Shown: positions 1-10,786 of the stretch, piece after piece
Numbering within the stretch: position 1 is the first letter of the stretch
Layout: every line of letters starts with the position of its first letter
NCBI GenBank assembly: GCA_044371315.1
Contig: JBILTX010000003.1
Location: 1 to 44,121, forward strand
DNA from: Alphaproteobacteria bacterium
GTDB taxonomy: Bacteria > Pseudomonadota > Alphaproteobacteria > JAJTHO01 > CANGYM01
Direction of reading: 5' to 3'
Length of the DNA: 44,121 nucleotides
The notes under the pieces: model-generated
Databases searched by the model: none
Seen by the model: only the letters and a program-made list of their open reading frames with translations
What the model was told of the DNA's origin: nothing
Position numbers and translations under genes: made by a program

Positions 1-1777
1 GCGTGGCCAAAACCGCATGAACGCAGCAATAATCAAATTCAATCCCCTGACCAATACGGTTGGGACCGCCGCCCAAAATCACGATTTTGGTTTTGTCAGA
101 AACGTTGGCTTCGCAGGTTAGGGCTTCACGCCCCTGCCCAGCCGCTTCGTGGGTGCTGTACATATAGGCCGTGCTGGCGGCAAATTCCGCCGCGCAGGTA
201 TCCACCCGTTTGTAAACCACAGGAAGGCCCAAGCGATGGTGTTTCACAGCATCGGGGGAAACCCCCAGCACTTCCCCCAAACGGGCATCGGTAAAGCCGT
301 CCTGTTTCAGGGATAACCAGTCCTCGGGGGACAGGCTGTCTGGTGTCATGGTTTTTAATGTGTTTTCTGTATCCACAATCTCGGCGATCTGGCGCAGGTA
401 CCACAGATCAATTTTTGTGATGGCATAGATATCCTCAGGCGTCAGGCCGCGCCGCAGGCCCTCGGCCACCCACAGCAAACGCTCAGGCAGGGGCTCGGCC
501 AGCTTGCGCCGCAGGGCCTCGATATCCACAGATTCAGCGCCTTTGGGGGCGTTCAAACCGGTAAGGCCCGTTTCCAAAGAGGCCAAGGCTTTTTGAAAAG
601 ATTCTTTGAAATTACGGCCCAGCCCCATGACCTCACCCACGGATTTCATGGCGGTGGTCAAATGGTGGGTGGTACCTGGAAACTTTTCAAAGGCAAAACG
701 GGGGATTTTGGTGACCACATAATCAATGGTGGGTTCAAACGCCGCGGGTGTGGTGCGGGTGATGTCGTTTTGCAGTTCATCCAAGGTATAGCCCACGGCC
801 AGCTTGGCCGCGATTTTGGCAATGGGGAATCCTGTGGCTTTGGAGGCCAAGGCGGAGGAGCGCGACACACGGGGGTTCATTTCAATGACCACCTGACGAC
901 CCGTTTCGGGATTCACCGCAAATTGCACGTTGGATCCCCCCGTTTCCACCCCAATGGCCCGCAAAACGGCGATGGAGGCATCGCGCATTTGCTGATATTC
1001 TTTATCCGTCAGGGTCAAGGCCGGCGCCACCGTGATGCTGTCCCCCGTGTGAATGCCCATGGGGTCGATGTTTTCGATGGAACAGACAATAATGGCATTA
1101 TCGGCGCGGTCGCGCACGACTTCCATTTCATATTCTTTCCAGCCCAAAACGGATTCCTCAACCAACACCTCCCCCACGGGGGAGAGTTTCAGACCGTTGC
1201 CCACAATGGCCTCGAACTCTTCGCTGTTGTACGCAATGCCCCCGCCCGTTCCGGCCAAGGTGAAGGAGGGGCGGATGATGGCGGGCAGTCCCACCATGGA
1301 CAGAGCATCACGGGCCTCGCTGAGCGAGCGCACCAGTTGGCTTTTGGGGCTTTCCAGACCCAAGCCATCCATGATATTGCGGAATTTCAGGCGATCTTCG
1401 GCGCGTTCAATGCTATCGGCGTTGGCCCCGATCAGTTCCACATTGTACTGTTTTAAAACACCGGCCTTTTCCAAGGCCAGTGCCGTGTTCAGGGCCGTCT
1501 GCCCCCCCATGGTGGGCAGCAAAGCATCAGGACGCTCTTTGGCAATGATCTGGGTGACAAAGTCAGGGGTGATGGGTTCAATATACACCGCATCGGCCGA
1601 TGACGGGTCCGTCATGATGGTGGCGGGATTGGAATTGATCAGGATCACGCGGTATCCTTCCTCCCGCAGGGCGCGGCAAGCCTGCGTTCCCGAATAATCA
1701 AATTCGCACGCCTGACCAATCACAATGGGCCCAGCCCCAATGATCAGAATCGACGAAATATCCTCTCGTTTGGGCAT
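1..1777 (-). CDS. carB: Carbamoyl-phosphate synthase large subunit (3' part runs off the window)
   Basis: The reverse strand from ATG 1777 reads [34 protein letters not shown]..., the diagnostic CarB N-terminus. It is absent from the ORF track, presumably because the stop lies outside the window. Confidence 0.97.
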   Translation of the reverse strand, partial: MPKREDISSILIIGAGPIVIGQACEFDYSGTQACRALREEGYRVILINSNPATIMTDPSSADAVYIEPITPDFVTQIIAKERPDALLPTMGGQTALNTALALEKAGVLKQYNVELIGANADSIERAEDRLKFRNIMDGLGLESPKSQLVRSLSEARDALSMVGLPAIIRPSFTLAGTGGGIAYNSEEFEAIVGNGLKLSPVGEVLVEESVLGWKEYEMEVVRDRADNAIIVCSIENIDPMGIHTGDSITVAPALTLTDKEYQQMRDASIAVLRAIGVETGGSNVQFAVNPETGRQVVIEMNPRVSRSSALASKATGFPIAKIAAKLAVGYTLDELQNDITRTTPAAFEPTIDYVVTKIPRFAFEKFPGTTHHLTTAMKSVGEVMGLGRNFKESFQKALASLETGLTGLNAPKGAESVDIEALRRKLAEPLPERLLWVAEGLRRGLTPEDIYAITKIDLWYLRQIAEIVDTENTLKTMTPDSLSPEDWLSLKQDGFTDARLGEVLGVSPDAVKHHRLGLPVVYKRVDTCAAEFAASTAYMYSTHEAAGQGREALTCEANVSDKTKIVILGGGPNRIGQGIEFDYCCVHAVLAT

Positions 1778-1806
1778 ACATTCCTCTGCTGTTGTCTCAC
1801 GGATTC

Positions 1807-1835
1807 TTTATAGGGGCAACGCGGGGGCATGGCAA
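1807..1835 (-). promoter_or_regulatory. Putative sigma70 promoter of carB
   Basis: TTGCCA-N17-TATAAA on the minus strand, about 30 nt upstream of the carB ATG. Confidence 0.5.
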
Positions 1836-1880
1836 GACTGTGGCAAAAGGGATGGGGAACAGAAGACTGTCCCTCAATGA

Positions 1881-2432
1881 TCACCCCGACACTGTCACCA
1901 GCGCGGGGCGAATGATGCGGTCATGCATGCGATAGCCGGCCTGAATCACCCGCACAATATGCCCTTCCGGCACGGTATCGCTGGGCTCTTGCAGCATGGC
2001 CTGGTGCAAGTTGTGATCAAAGGCCTCCCCCACCGGATTGTATTTTATCACCCCGTGTTTTTCTAAGGTGGAAAGCAACTGCTTGGCGGTTAAGGTAATG
2101 CCGGTGACAAAGGTTTCCACCGCTGATCCCCCTTCAGATTCAGGAACATGGGCAAGGGCCTGATCAAAGCTGTCCGTCACGGTCAAAAGGTCCTTCACAA
2201 AACCAGAGACCGCAAACTTAATGGCTTCGGTCTTTTCCCGATCCATCCGTTTGATGGTGTTTTCCCGATCCGCAAGGGCGCGGAGCAGATCCATTTCGGC
2301 TTTTTCGAGGCGTTCTTGCAGCTGGGAACGCTCATCCAATTCTGACGGCACAGGATTTTCAGGCTCAGAGGCTAAAGATTCTGCTTCGGGGGTGATTTTT
2401 TCCGAAGATGAAAAGGCGTCTTGAGAGGTCAT
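1881..2432 (-). CDS. grpE: Nucleotide exchange factor GrpE
   Basis: LRALADRENTIKR...GEAFDHNLHQAM...IQAGYRMHDRIIRPALVTV, typical GrpE motifs. Confidence 0.95.
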   Translation of the reverse strand: MTSQDAFSSSEKITPEAESLASEPENPVPSELDERSQLQERLEKAEMDLLRALADRENTIKRMDREKTEAIKFAVSGFVKDLLTVTDSFDQALAHVPESEGGSAVETFVTGITLTAKQLLSTLEKHGVIKYNPVGEAFDHNLHQAMLQEPSDTVPEGHIVRVIQAGYRMHDRIIRPALVTVSG

Positions 2433-2474
2433 TATGGTGTCCTTGGTTTGTTTGGTGAAAATCTGGAATTCATT

Positions 2475-3647
2475 TTAACGATCAATCTCGCCAAAAACAA
2501 TATCCAAAGACCCAATAATGGCCACAACATCCGCAAGCATGTGGCCCCGACTGAGGAAATCGAGGGCCTGAAGAAACGCAAACCCTGGGGCGCGAATTTT
2601 GCAACGGTAAGGTTTGTTGCTGCCATCGGCAATCAGGTAAACGCCGAATTCCCCTTTGGGGGCTTCGGTGGCAGTGTAGGTTTCTCCGGCGGGAACGTGG
2701 TACCCTTCGGTGTAGAGTTTAAAATGATGAATCAGGGCCTCCATCGAGGATTTCATCAGGGCGCGGGGGGGCGGGCTGATTTTATGATTTTCAAAATGCA
2801 CGGGCCCCTCGGGCATGGCTTCTATACACTGATCAATGATACGCAGGGACTGATACATTTCCTGAATCCGCACCAAATAACGGTCGTAACAATCCCCGTG
2901 TTTGCCGATGGGCACATCAAAATTTATTTGATCGTAAACATCATAGGGCTGGGCCTTGCGCAGATCCCACGGCACGCCGCTGGCCCGCAGCACAGGGCCC
3001 GTCATCCCCCACGCCAAGGCATCATCCCGCGAGAACACCCCAATATCCACCGTGCGCTGTTTAAAGATCCGGTTTTCCGTCAGCAGCCCCTCCATATCCT
3101 GAATGGTTTTGGGCAGAGTGTCGATAAACGTTTTGATATCCTCCAGCAAACCAGGGGGTAAATCCCGATGCACCCCACCAGGGCGGAAATAGGCCGCATG
3201 CAAACGGGCGCCGCAGACACGTTCGTAAAAGCCCATGATTTTTTCGCGTTCCTCAAAGGCCCACAAAAACGGGGTCATGGCCCCCACATCCAGTGCAAAC
3301 GTGGCAATGTTCAGTAAATGATTCATGATGCGGGTCAGTTCCGCATAAAGCACGCGAATGTACTGCCCGCGGGGGGGTGGCGCGATGCCCAGCAAGCGCT
3401 CCACCGCCAAGGCAAAGGTGTGTTCCTGTCCCATGGGGGAGACGTAATCCAAACGGTCAAAATAGGGAACGGATTGCAAATAGGTTTTATATTCAATCAG
3501 CTTTTCTGTGCCGCGATGCAGCAGGCCAATGTGGGGGTCGGCGCGTTCAATCACCTCTCCATCCATTTCCAGAACCAAGCGCAACACACCATGCGCCGCA
3601 GGATGTTGAGGGCCAAAGTTAAGGGTCGTGGTTTTCTTTTCCTGCAT
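2475..3647 (-). CDS. nuoD: NADH-quinone oxidoreductase subunit D
   Basis: [19 protein letters not shown]...LLHRGTEKL...[14 protein letters not shown]. Confidence 0.98.
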   Translation of the reverse strand: MQEKKTTTLNFGPQHPAAHGVLRLVLEMDGEVIERADPHIGLLHRGTEKLIEYKTYLQSVPYFDRLDYVSPMGQEHTFALAVERLLGIAPPPRGQYIRVLYAELTRIMNHLLNIATFALDVGAMTPFLWAFEEREKIMGFYERVCGARLHAAYFRPGGVHRDLPPGLLEDIKTFIDTLPKTIQDMEGLLTENRIFKQRTVDIGVFSRDDALAWGMTGPVLRASGVPWDLRKAQPYDVYDQINFDVPIGKHGDCYDRYLVRIQEMYQSLRIIDQCIEAMPEGPVHFENHKISPPPRALMKSSMEALIHHFKLYTEGYHVPAGETYTATEAPKGEFGVYLIADGSNKPYRCKIRAPGFAFLQALDFLSRGHMLADVVAIIGSLDIVFGEIDR

Positions 3648-3803
3648 GGTGACGGACCGCTACGCTGGGACTGTGATAGGGTTATGCCCCATTTGGTCCA
3701 GAATGTCGATAGGGTGTTTTAGGGATTGGCTTAGGCTTTCTTAAAGAATTGCATCTTATAGTCAAAGATCATCTGTGCCCAACCGCAGGGGAAGCCCCAT
3801 ACT

Positions 3804-4415
3804 ATGCTGCAAGTCAAGGTTATTGAGTGTCATCAACAGAGGACGTTGTCCATGGAGGGATTGCCCGACCTTCTGTCTTCCCAATTTTTTGTTCATAAAC
3901 ACGATGTTTTTGCAGTGGATAAGGCGGGGAAACAGGCCATCTGGCTACAAAATTATTACCGCATGACCCCCCCCCCTGTTTTGGTGGGCAAGGACAATGT
4001 GGAAATGTCCCCGTTGGCCATTTTATCCCTATGTCGCAAAGCAAGTTTGGATTTTTTAAAGGAAATCAAAGAATCCCTGAACCAGCACAAGCAAAGCATC
4101 GCCCACATTAAAAAAGCCGTTTATGTTCCCATGGGAGGGCAAGTGTGTATTGATCCCGCCCATTTTTTGCTAGAGCCCTCGGATAAAGAGGTTCTGATGA
4201 CGTTGGTCCGGCAAGGGGAACAGGGGATTTTGGTTCTTGATAACATTGTGCCGCGCAAAGGGGACACCCTGAGGGTGGAAATGTTTGCTGAGAAAAAAGC
4301 CATTTATTATCATGACGCCACCGCCCTAACCCACGACATGCTTGCCTTTCACCTGCGGGATCATCCAGAGGATTCGGGGCACGAGATTCATGTGTTGATC
4401 AAAGTGCAATTTTAA
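3804..4415 (+). CDS. Hypothetical protein (203 aa)
   Basis: Long ORF filling the gap between nuoD and tolA with no recognised motif; contains an internal C10 run at 3967-3976. Confidence 0.7.
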   Translation: MLQVKVIECHQQRTLSMEGLPDLLSSQFFVHKHDVFAVDKAGKQAIWLQNYYRMTPPPVLVGKDNVEMSPLAILSLCRKASLDFLKEIKESLNQHKQSIAHIKKAVYVPMGGQVCIDPAHFLLEPSDKEVLMTLVRQGEQGILVLDNIVPRKGDTLRVEMFAEKKAIYYHDATALTHDMLAFHLRDHPEDSGHEIHVLIKVQF

Positions 4416-4420
4416 AATGC

Positions 4421-5380
4421 TTATGGCCCGACCAATCCCCGAGGGTCAAAACGCAATAACAGGGTTTTCCACGTTTTGTATTGATCCTGCGGGAAAGGAA
4501 AAGGCTGACAACGCGGATCCAAAACAGCCCTAAGGGCATTTTCTTCGGCCACACGAACAGCCCGATTGCCTCCGGCTTGGGAATCCACAATCTTGGCCTG
4601 CGCAACGGTGCCATCCCGATTCATTTCAACGCGAACTGACACAACCAAGCTGGCCGCATCACGGGATCCCGCCTGGACATTCCAGCATCCTGAAAGCTGA
4701 CTTTGGAATTTAGATAAGATGTCCTGTCCCACGGCCTGAGCCAGTTCCTCTGAATCCGCTGCATCCGGCGAGGCATCATCGGTGGGACGCATCAATTCAG
4801 ACGGGGGCTCTTCGGTTTTGACGTCGTTTAAGGCCTGCTTCATGCTTTCTGCAAAGGATAACGCTTTTGTTTTTTTAGCGGGGGCTTTTTTGGTCTCTGT
4901 TTTTTCAGGTCTTTTGGGTTTTTCAGGCTTGGGGGCCGGTGTTTCGTCCTTTTCAGGGGAAACATCCCGCAGCAAACGCTCTGGCTTTGGGGCAACGTCA
5001 GGTTTAGGCTCGGGCTTCACCTCGGGCTTGGGCATGGGTTTTAGATCGGGTTTGGGGATGGGCTTGGGTTCAGGTTTGGGTTCAGGTTTGGGTTCCGGCT
5101 TGGGTTCAGGCTTAGGCTCTGGTTTTGGTTCAGGCTTAGGCTCTGGTTTTGGTTCTGGTTTCGGTTCAGGTTTAACATCTTGTTTGGGCTCTGATTTAGG
5201 CTGTGGTTTTGGGCGCCCAGGACGGGTGGTGGCTTTTTGAAACGCGGCTTCGGAAATGATCTCACCTTGCAGGGTCAGGGGCTTGGGCGGCATAACGCGC
5301 AAAGAGGGATTTAAAAAAATCACCAGCAACAGCAACAGATGCAATCCCAATGAATAGTAAAACGCGCGACGCATGACCAA
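4421..5380 (-). CDS. tolA: TolA/TonB-like cell envelope protein
   Basis: N-terminal TM helix with SLGLH motif, Pro/Lys/Glu-rich linker, and C-terminal domain CWNVQAG...ALRAV...W...FDP as in alphaproteobacterial TolA. The start may be ATG 5374. Confidence 0.75.
   Translation of the reverse strand: MVMRRAFYYSLGLHLLLLLVIFLNPSLRVMPPKPLTLQGEIISEAAFQKATTRPGRPKPQPKSEPKQDVKPEPKPEPKPEPKPEPKPEPKPEPKPEPKPEPKPEPKPIPKPDLKPMPKPEVKPEPKPDVAPKPERLLRDVSPEKDETPAPKPEKPKRPEKTETKKAPAKKTKALSFAESMKQALNDVKTEEPPSELMRPTDDASPDAADSEELAQAVGQDILSKFQSQLSGCWNVQAGSRDAASLVVSVRVEMNRDGTVAQAKIVDSQAGGNRAVRVAEENALRAVLDPRCQPFPFPQDQYKTWKTLLLRFDPRGLVGP
5061..5173 (-). repeat. Coding tandem repeat (about 9 x 12 bp, KPEP) in the TolA linker
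   Basis: Degenerate 12-bp units with synonymous variation, encoding (KPEP)n. Confidence 0.9.
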
Positions 5381-5765
5381 GTCCGTCTAAAAAAAACGCC
5401 TTTACCATACCATGCTCATGCAAGGACGAAATAGTTTTTATGGGGCCGAATGCAACAATCACCCATGATCGGGGCGGATATATTGATATCTTCGGCAGAC
5501 CTGCCCTATCGATGCCCTCTATCTGCGGAAAATACCCAGTCTTAATAAACCCTTAGAAAGGCCTGACCCCCCCCCTTGATTTTTTTGTCAAAATCGGTCA
5601 ATTTGAAGCTTGGGCATTGCATCGCATCTGGATTGTGTTTTTTTATGTGTCACCGCTGTGATGATTTTGATGAACATGAAGAAAGCAAAGACGCCCTGAC
5701 CCTGTCTGACGCTTTGATTTATCTGACAAAGGCTCTCCCCCCTACCCTTGATGAGGTATAATTTT

Positions 5766-6557
5766 ATGACAGAGATTTCAGACATACGCATCGGGGACCT
5801 GATGAAGGGCAAAAAGGCCCTGATTGTCGGCGTGGCCAACGAACATTCCATCGCCTATGGCATTGCCCGTTCGCTGTCACGGGCGGGTGCGGAGCTGGCC
5901 ATCACCTATCAAACGGAAAAAACCAAAACCTTTGTTGAGCCCTGTCTGTCCGATTTACGGGTGCCGTTGTTCATGCCGTGTGATGTGACGCAGGCCGGAT
6001 CTTTGGAGGCGGTTTTTGACGCCATTGAAAAAACATGGGGCCGTTTGGATGTTTTGGTGCATGCCATCGCCTTTGCCCCGCGGGAGGATTTGCACGGTCG
6101 TGTGGTGGATTGTTCATCAGCAGGTTTTTTGAATGCCATGGACGTGTCCTGTCATTCCTTTATCCGTATGGCCAAACTGGCCGAGCCCCTGATGAAAGAC
6201 GGCGGGTCCATGTTCACCATGACCTATTACGGGTCTGAAAAGGCTGTGCCCAATTACAACATGATGGGCCCTGTGAAGGCGGCGCTGGAAAGCACCGTGC
6301 GGTATTTGGCGCTGGAGCTGGGGGAAAAACGCATTCGTGTCAATGCCATTTCCCCGGGCCCCATGATGACACGGGCGGCTTCGGGATTGAAAAAATTTGA
6401 AAGTCTTTTGTCCTTGGCGGCAGAGCGGGCCCCTACGCATCATTTGGTGACGCTGGAGGATGTGGGACGCACCACGACCTTTTTGGCGTCGGATCTGGCC
6501 CCCAGCATTACGGGGGATGTGATTTATATTGACGGTGGATACCACATTGTCGGGTAA
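5766..6557 (+). CDS. fabI: Enoyl-ACP reductase FabI
   Basis: GVANEHSIAYGIA, YNMMGPVKAALE, NAISPGP; GAGGT RBS precedes ATG 5766. Confidence 0.95.
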   Translation: MTEISDIRIGDLMKGKKALIVGVANEHSIAYGIARSLSRAGAELAITYQTEKTKTFVEPCLSDLRVPLFMPCDVTQAGSLEAVFDAIEKTWGRLDVLVHAIAFAPREDLHGRVVDCSSAGFLNAMDVSCHSFIRMAKLAEPLMKDGGSMFTMTYYGSEKAVPNYNMMGPVKAALESTVRYLALELGEKRIRVNAISPGPMMTRAASGLKKFESLLSLAAERAPTHHLVTLEDVGRTTTFLASDLAPSITGDVIYIDGGYHIVG

Positions 6558-6996
6558 AGGCCCTACGGTGATTCGCGTTGGGCATGCTCTGCCGGCGGCG
6601 TATCAATCCCTGTGCGATGATTTGTGCAAACGGTTGCGCCCTGCCCCCAGCCTTATCACCCTGCCCCCCAGTGTGCATAAAGGCCCAGCGGGCCTGCGGG
6701 ATGAAGGGGATCGCATCCGCAAAATTCTGCCCGCCAAAGGCACCGTCATTGCGCTGGACAGGGGCGGCGTCACATTGGGAACCGCTGAATTCGCGGCTGC
6801 CTTGGCCCGTTGGCCGCAGCCCACCTTTGTGATCGGCGGGGCCGAAGGCCATGATCCCGAATGGATCAAAACCGCCCACCATGTTTTGTCTTTGGGGCCC
6901 ATGACCATGGCCCATGCGCTGGCCTATTTGGTTTTGCTGGAACAGCTTTACCGCGCCCAATGCATCCGCACCCATCATCCGTATCATCGGGATTAG
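6529..6996 (+). CDS. rlmH: 23S rRNA (pseudouridine1915-N3)-methyltransferase RlmH
   Basis: FVIGGAEG...LSLGPMTMAHALAYLVLLEQLYRA...HPYHRD (SPOUT RlmH); exact start uncertain. Confidence 0.93.
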   Translation: MTVDTTLSGKGPTVIRVGHALPAAYQSLCDDLCKRLRPAPSLITLPPSVHKGPAGLRDEGDRIRKILPAKGTVIALDRGGVTLGTAEFAAALARWPQPTFVIGGAEGHDPEWIKTAHHVLSLGPMTMAHALAYLVLLEQLYRAQCIRTHHPYHRD

Positions 6997-7730
6997 GGGG
7001 CGGTTTGGGATGGTTTTTCCCTGTCTTGAAAAGAAACACCCCCATCCATGTTGATAATCTCACCCGTAATGGCAGGGTTTTGGTGCAAAGCCATCAAGGC
7101 CCCGTAAACTTCATCCGAAGAAGACAATTGTTTCAGGTTAGATTTCTGAATCATTGTGTGAAAATGCCCATCGCTTTCCCGAACCCCCTTAAGTGTTGGA
7201 CCCAACGCAATGCCATTGATGCGTGTTCTGGGGGCCAAGGTGGGGGCCAGATCCAATGTTAAGCGGACCAAAAGCTGCTTGCCTAATGTATAACTGAGAA
7301 AATCCTGATGATGCCAATGGATATGGGCATCCAAAAGGGTGACGATATGGTCAGTTTGTTCCCACAACCCCTGAATCAGCATCAGGGGGGCCATGGCATT
7401 CACCGCCAGATGATCCTGCAGTCCCTGCCACGTCACAGTTTTCAGAGTATCGGGCAAAAATAAAGAGGCATTATGGATCATCAGATTTAAAGGCCCCACA
7501 GCCCGAACCGTCTGAATCACATTCTGAACATCCTCGGGGTTTGTCAGGTCCCCTTGGATGAGAACACAGGATCGGCCTTGGGCCTCTAGGGTTTTTTGGA
7601 TCGCCTGTGCCTCAGCCGCGGAGGCACCATAATGCAACACAATATCGTACCCATCACGCGCCAAGCGATGAACCAGATCAGCCCCGATGCGTTTGGCCGC
7701 TCCTGTAATAAAAACACGTTTTTGCGTCAT
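6993..7730 (-). CDS. SDR oxidoreductase, pteridine reductase/FolM-like
   Basis: ITGAAKRIG cofactor motif, HNAS, YTLGK catalytic YxxxK, NGIALG. Confidence 0.85.
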   Translation of the reverse strand: MTQKRVFITGAAKRIGADLVHRLARDGYDIVLHYGASAAEAQAIQKTLEAQGRSCVLIQGDLTNPEDVQNVIQTVRAVGPLNLMIHNASLFLPDTLKTVTWQGLQDHLAVNAMAPLMLIQGLWEQTDHIVTLLDAHIHWHHQDFLSYTLGKQLLVRLTLDLAPTLAPRTRINGIALGPTLKGVRESDGHFHTMIQKSNLKQLSSSDEVYGALMALHQNPAITGEIINMDGGVSFQDREKPSQTAP

Positions 7731-7787
7731 GACAACAGAATCTTAATAGAGTTTTGCTTTTATAGTCTAGCAGGATTCGGAGTTTCC

Positions 7788-8645
7788 ATGAAAGTCATTG
7801 TTGGGTTTATTATCGTTATTGCATGCACCTTGGGTGGGTATGTCGCCATGGGGGGCCATTTGGCCGTTTTGTGGCAACCGTTTGAGGTTGTGATCATCGT
7901 CGGGGCCGCCATTGGGGCGTTTGTGACGGCCAACACAAAATCTGTCCTGAAAAACGTCATGCCTGGCATCAAAGCCGCCATGAAGGGGCCAAAATACAAA
8001 AAAGCGCACTATGTCGAGCTGCTGTCTCTATTGTTTCTGGTGTTTAAAACCATTCGATCCAAGGGGATTTTAAAACTGGAATCGGACATTGAAAATCCCC
8101 ACGACAGTGAATTGTTTCAAAAATTCCCGTTGTTTCATCACGACCATCACGCGGTGGATTTTTTGTGTGATTATTTGCGTATGGTGTCTTTGGGCAGTGA
8201 AAATGCCTTTGTGATGGAAGATTTGATGAACCGCGAACTGGAAGTGCACCACCAAGAGCAGCACAATGTCGCCCATGCCGTTCAAGGTATGGCCGATGGT
8301 ATGCCCGCGCTGGGGATTGTGGCGGCGGTTCTGGGGGTGATTAAAACCATGGGGGCCATTACAGAACCGCCTGAGGTTTTGGGGAAACTGATTGGGGGCG
8401 CTTTGGTGGGAACCTTTTTGGGGGTATGGGTTTCCTATGGATATTGCGCTCCGCTGGCCAGCATGATTGGATCCACCTACAGCGAAGATGGGGCCTATTT
8501 GGAATGCATCAAAGCCGGCCTTTTGGCCCACCTTCAGGGGGGCGCTCCTGCGGTATCTATTGAATTTGCACGAAAAATTTTACCGTCCCACGTTCGTCCC
8601 AGCTTTGCTGAGGTCGAGCAGGCCATCGACCAACTGCCCAAATAA
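7788..8645 (+). CDS. motA: Flagellar motor stator protein MotA
   Basis: GGHLAVLWQPFE, MPALGIVAAVLGVIKTM, GGALVGTFLG, IEFARK; the true start is ATG 7788. Confidence 0.95.
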   Translation: MKVIVGFIIVIACTLGGYVAMGGHLAVLWQPFEVVIIVGAAIGAFVTANTKSVLKNVMPGIKAAMKGPKYKKAHYVELLSLLFLVFKTIRSKGILKLESDIENPHDSELFQKFPLFHHDHHAVDFLCDYLRMVSLGSENAFVMEDLMNRELEVHHQEQHNVAHAVQGMADGMPALGIVAAVLGVIKTMGAITEPPEVLGKLIGGALVGTFLGVWVSYGYCAPLASMIGSTYSEDGAYLECIKAGLLAHLQGGAPAVSIEFARKILPSHVRPSFAEVEQAIDQLPK

Positions 8646-8647
8646 TC

Positions 8648-9601
8648 ATGGCAGATCAACCCAACATCATCATTAAAAAAGTCAAAAAAGTCCAAGGGGG
8701 CGGTCACCATGGGGGCGCATGGAAAGTCGCCTATGCGGATTTTGTAACCGCCATGATGGCGTTTTTCCTGCTGTTATGGCTTTTGAATGCGACAACAGCA
8801 GAGCAACGTCAGGGCATTTCCAACTATTTTTCCCCCACCACCATTTCTGAAAGCACCAGTGGGGCAGGCAGCATTTTGGATGGTGTTAATGTGACCGATG
8901 TCACCGCCAGCAAAGAGGCCACAATTCCTGCCTATAACCCCAGCGAACCCCCCAAACCTGGGTCTGAACAGCAGCAATCGGAAACAACAACCCCCCAAAA
9001 ATCCGCTGAAAAAAACGATGAAGAATCCGAAGCCTTTCGCAAGGCGCAGGAAAAAGAGATGAAAAAGGTTTTAGAAAACCTGCAGCAAGAGATTCAAAAA
9101 ACCCCTGAACTCAAAGAACTTTCTGAAAATATCATTCTTGAAATGACCAAGGATGGTCTGTTGGTTCAGCTGGTGGACAGCAAAAAACGCCCCATGTTCG
9201 AGGCCGGAAAATCCACCGCCATGCCCCATACCGCCATGCTGCTCAAGCGTATCCGCCCCATTTTGGATCGCGTCCCCAACCCCGTTCAAATCACGGGACA
9301 CACCGACAACACAGGATCCGTCAATGCCGATTATGGCAATTGGGAACTGTCTGCGGATCGTGCAAACACCACGCGCCGGTTGTTGCAGCGTTATGGATTA
9401 AAGCCCGCACGCTTTGAAAAAGTGGTGGGCAAAGCGGATACGGACCCCCTGCTGCCCGAGATTCCCGATGCCCCCATCAATCGCCGTATTGGAATTTTGC
9501 TGTCGTATATGGACGCCCCCGAAACCGACCGACGCAGCCAACCCGTCACACCGATTAAGCAAGGGGTTTTCGAAAACCATACAAACACCACAGTCCCATA
9601 A
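8648..9601 (+). CDS. motB: Flagellar motor protein MotB
   Basis: HHGGAWKVAYADFVTAMMAFF plus OmpA-like domain (GHTD...NWELSADRA...NRRI). Confidence 0.96.
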   Translation: MADQPNIIIKKVKKVQGGGHHGGAWKVAYADFVTAMMAFFLLLWLLNATTAEQRQGISNYFSPTTISESTSGAGSILDGVNVTDVTASKEATIPAYNPSEPPKPGSEQQQSETTTPQKSAEKNDEESEAFRKAQEKEMKKVLENLQQEIQKTPELKELSENIILEMTKDGLLVQLVDSKKRPMFEAGKSTAMPHTAMLLKRIRPILDRVPNPVQITGHTDNTGSVNADYGNWELSADRANTTRRLLQRYGLKPARFEKVVGKADTDPLLPEIPDAPINRRIGILLSYMDAPETDRRSQPVTPIKQGVFENHTNTTVP

Positions 9602-9700
9602 CCCATGGATATTGTGATCCACACAATTTGATTGTGATTTTTGTGTGGGTATGAGAAAAAGGAAAACCCTAAAATAATAATCTTACCCGAGGTTTCTTTC

Positions 9701-10483
9701 ATGGTTGCCTTTGCTCTGCCTAAAAATTCAACCTACACCGTTGGGCGTTTTTTTCCGGCGGCCAAAACGGCCCGCCGCACCAAAATTTTCCGGATTTACC
9801 GGTATGATCCCGATGGAGAGAGCAATCCCCGCGTGGATGGATATGAGGTCGATCTGGACACCTGCGGCCCCATGGTGCTGGATGCCCTGATTAAAATTAA
9901 AAACGAAATTGATCCCACATTGACCTTTCGCCGTTCCTGCCGCGAAGGGATTTGCGGCAGCTGCTCTATGAACATCGACGGGGGCAATACACTGGCCTGT
10001 TTAAAACCCATTGCTGATATTGATGGGGAAGTGCGTGTTTTCCCCCTGCCCCATATGCCGGTGATTAAGGATCTGGTTCCCGATCTTTCCCAACCTTACG
10101 CCCAATATCAATCCATCAAGCCTTGGATGCAAAGTGATACAGCCCCTGCCTCTGGCAGCGAACGTCTGCAAAGCATCGAAGAGCGCAAAGAATTAGACGG
10201 CCTGTGGGAGTGTATTTTGTGTTTCTGCTGCTCCACCAGTTGCCCCAGTTATTGGTGGAACGGGGACCGTTATCTGGGCCCTGCGGTGCTGCTGCAGGCC
10301 TATCGCTGGATTGCCGACAGCCGCGATGAAGCCACGGGCGAGCGTCTGGATGCGCTGGAGGATCCCTTTAAACTCTACCGCTGTCACACCATCATGAACT
10401 GCACCAACGCCTGTCCCAAGGGCCTGAACCCCGCCAAAGCCATTGGGAATATCAAAAAGAAGATGGTGGAACGCCAGAACTAA
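9701..10483 (+). CDS. sdhB: Succinate dehydrogenase iron-sulfur subunit
   Basis: [44 protein letters not shown]. Confidence 0.98.
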   Translation: MVAFALPKNSTYTVGRFFPAAKTARRTKIFRIYRYDPDGESNPRVDGYEVDLDTCGPMVLDALIKIKNEIDPTLTFRRSCREGICGSCSMNIDGGNTLACLKPIADIDGEVRVFPLPHMPVIKDLVPDLSQPYAQYQSIKPWMQSDTAPASGSERLQSIEERKELDGLWECILCFCCSTSCPSYWWNGDRYLGPAVLLQAYRWIADSRDEATGERLDALEDPFKLYRCHTIMNCTNACPKGLNPAKAIGNIKKKMVERQN

Positions 10484-10488
10484 AGGCC

Positions 10489-10659
10489 ATGATGACACGC
10501 GCCTTTATTTTTTTGATTGTTGTGCTGGGGATGGTGGTGTTGCCCCTGTCCGCTTGTGGCCGAAAAATCCCCTTGGAAAGGCCCACCACAGTGCCGGCGC
10601 AGCCCTCTGCGACCCCAACTGCGCCAAACGAGGCCCCTTCAAAAGCAGAGCCTCATTAA
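10489..10659 (+). CDS. Small lipoprotein, LptM/YifL-like (56 aa; not in ORF track)
   Basis: MMTRAFIFLIVVLGMVVLPLSACGRKIPLERPT...: signal peptide, lipobox LSAC, CGxKxPL motif and Pro-rich tail. Confidence 0.75.
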   Translation: MMTRAFIFLIVVLGMVVLPLSACGRKIPLERPTTVPAQPSATPTAPNEAPSKAEPH

Positions 10660-10786
10660 AAAACGGCTTTCCCTTGGCCTTGGTTACATTTCGTAACATA
10701 TCCGCCGTTGTTTTCTCTGTGGGGTATCCGCTAGGATAGCTCGTAGAAAAACAATACGCAAAAAACAAAAACAAGGCTTTTTCCTC

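Noticed and set aside
593-1697. Long + strand ORFs (287 aa, 214 aa)
   Set aside because: Antisense shadows of carB, which is clearly encoded on the minus strand.
4782-5240. Gly/Ser-rich repeat ORF (GSGLGSGL...)
   Set aside because: Reverse complement of the KPEP repeat in tolA.
5400-5570. Possible ncRNA (GGGGCCGAA as in tmRNA; weak hairpins) and a TTAA-N7-TTAG CtrA-like site at 5542-5556
   Set aside because: No tag reading frame or T-arm/CCA piece found, the hairpins are weak, and a single imperfect CtrA match is expected by chance.
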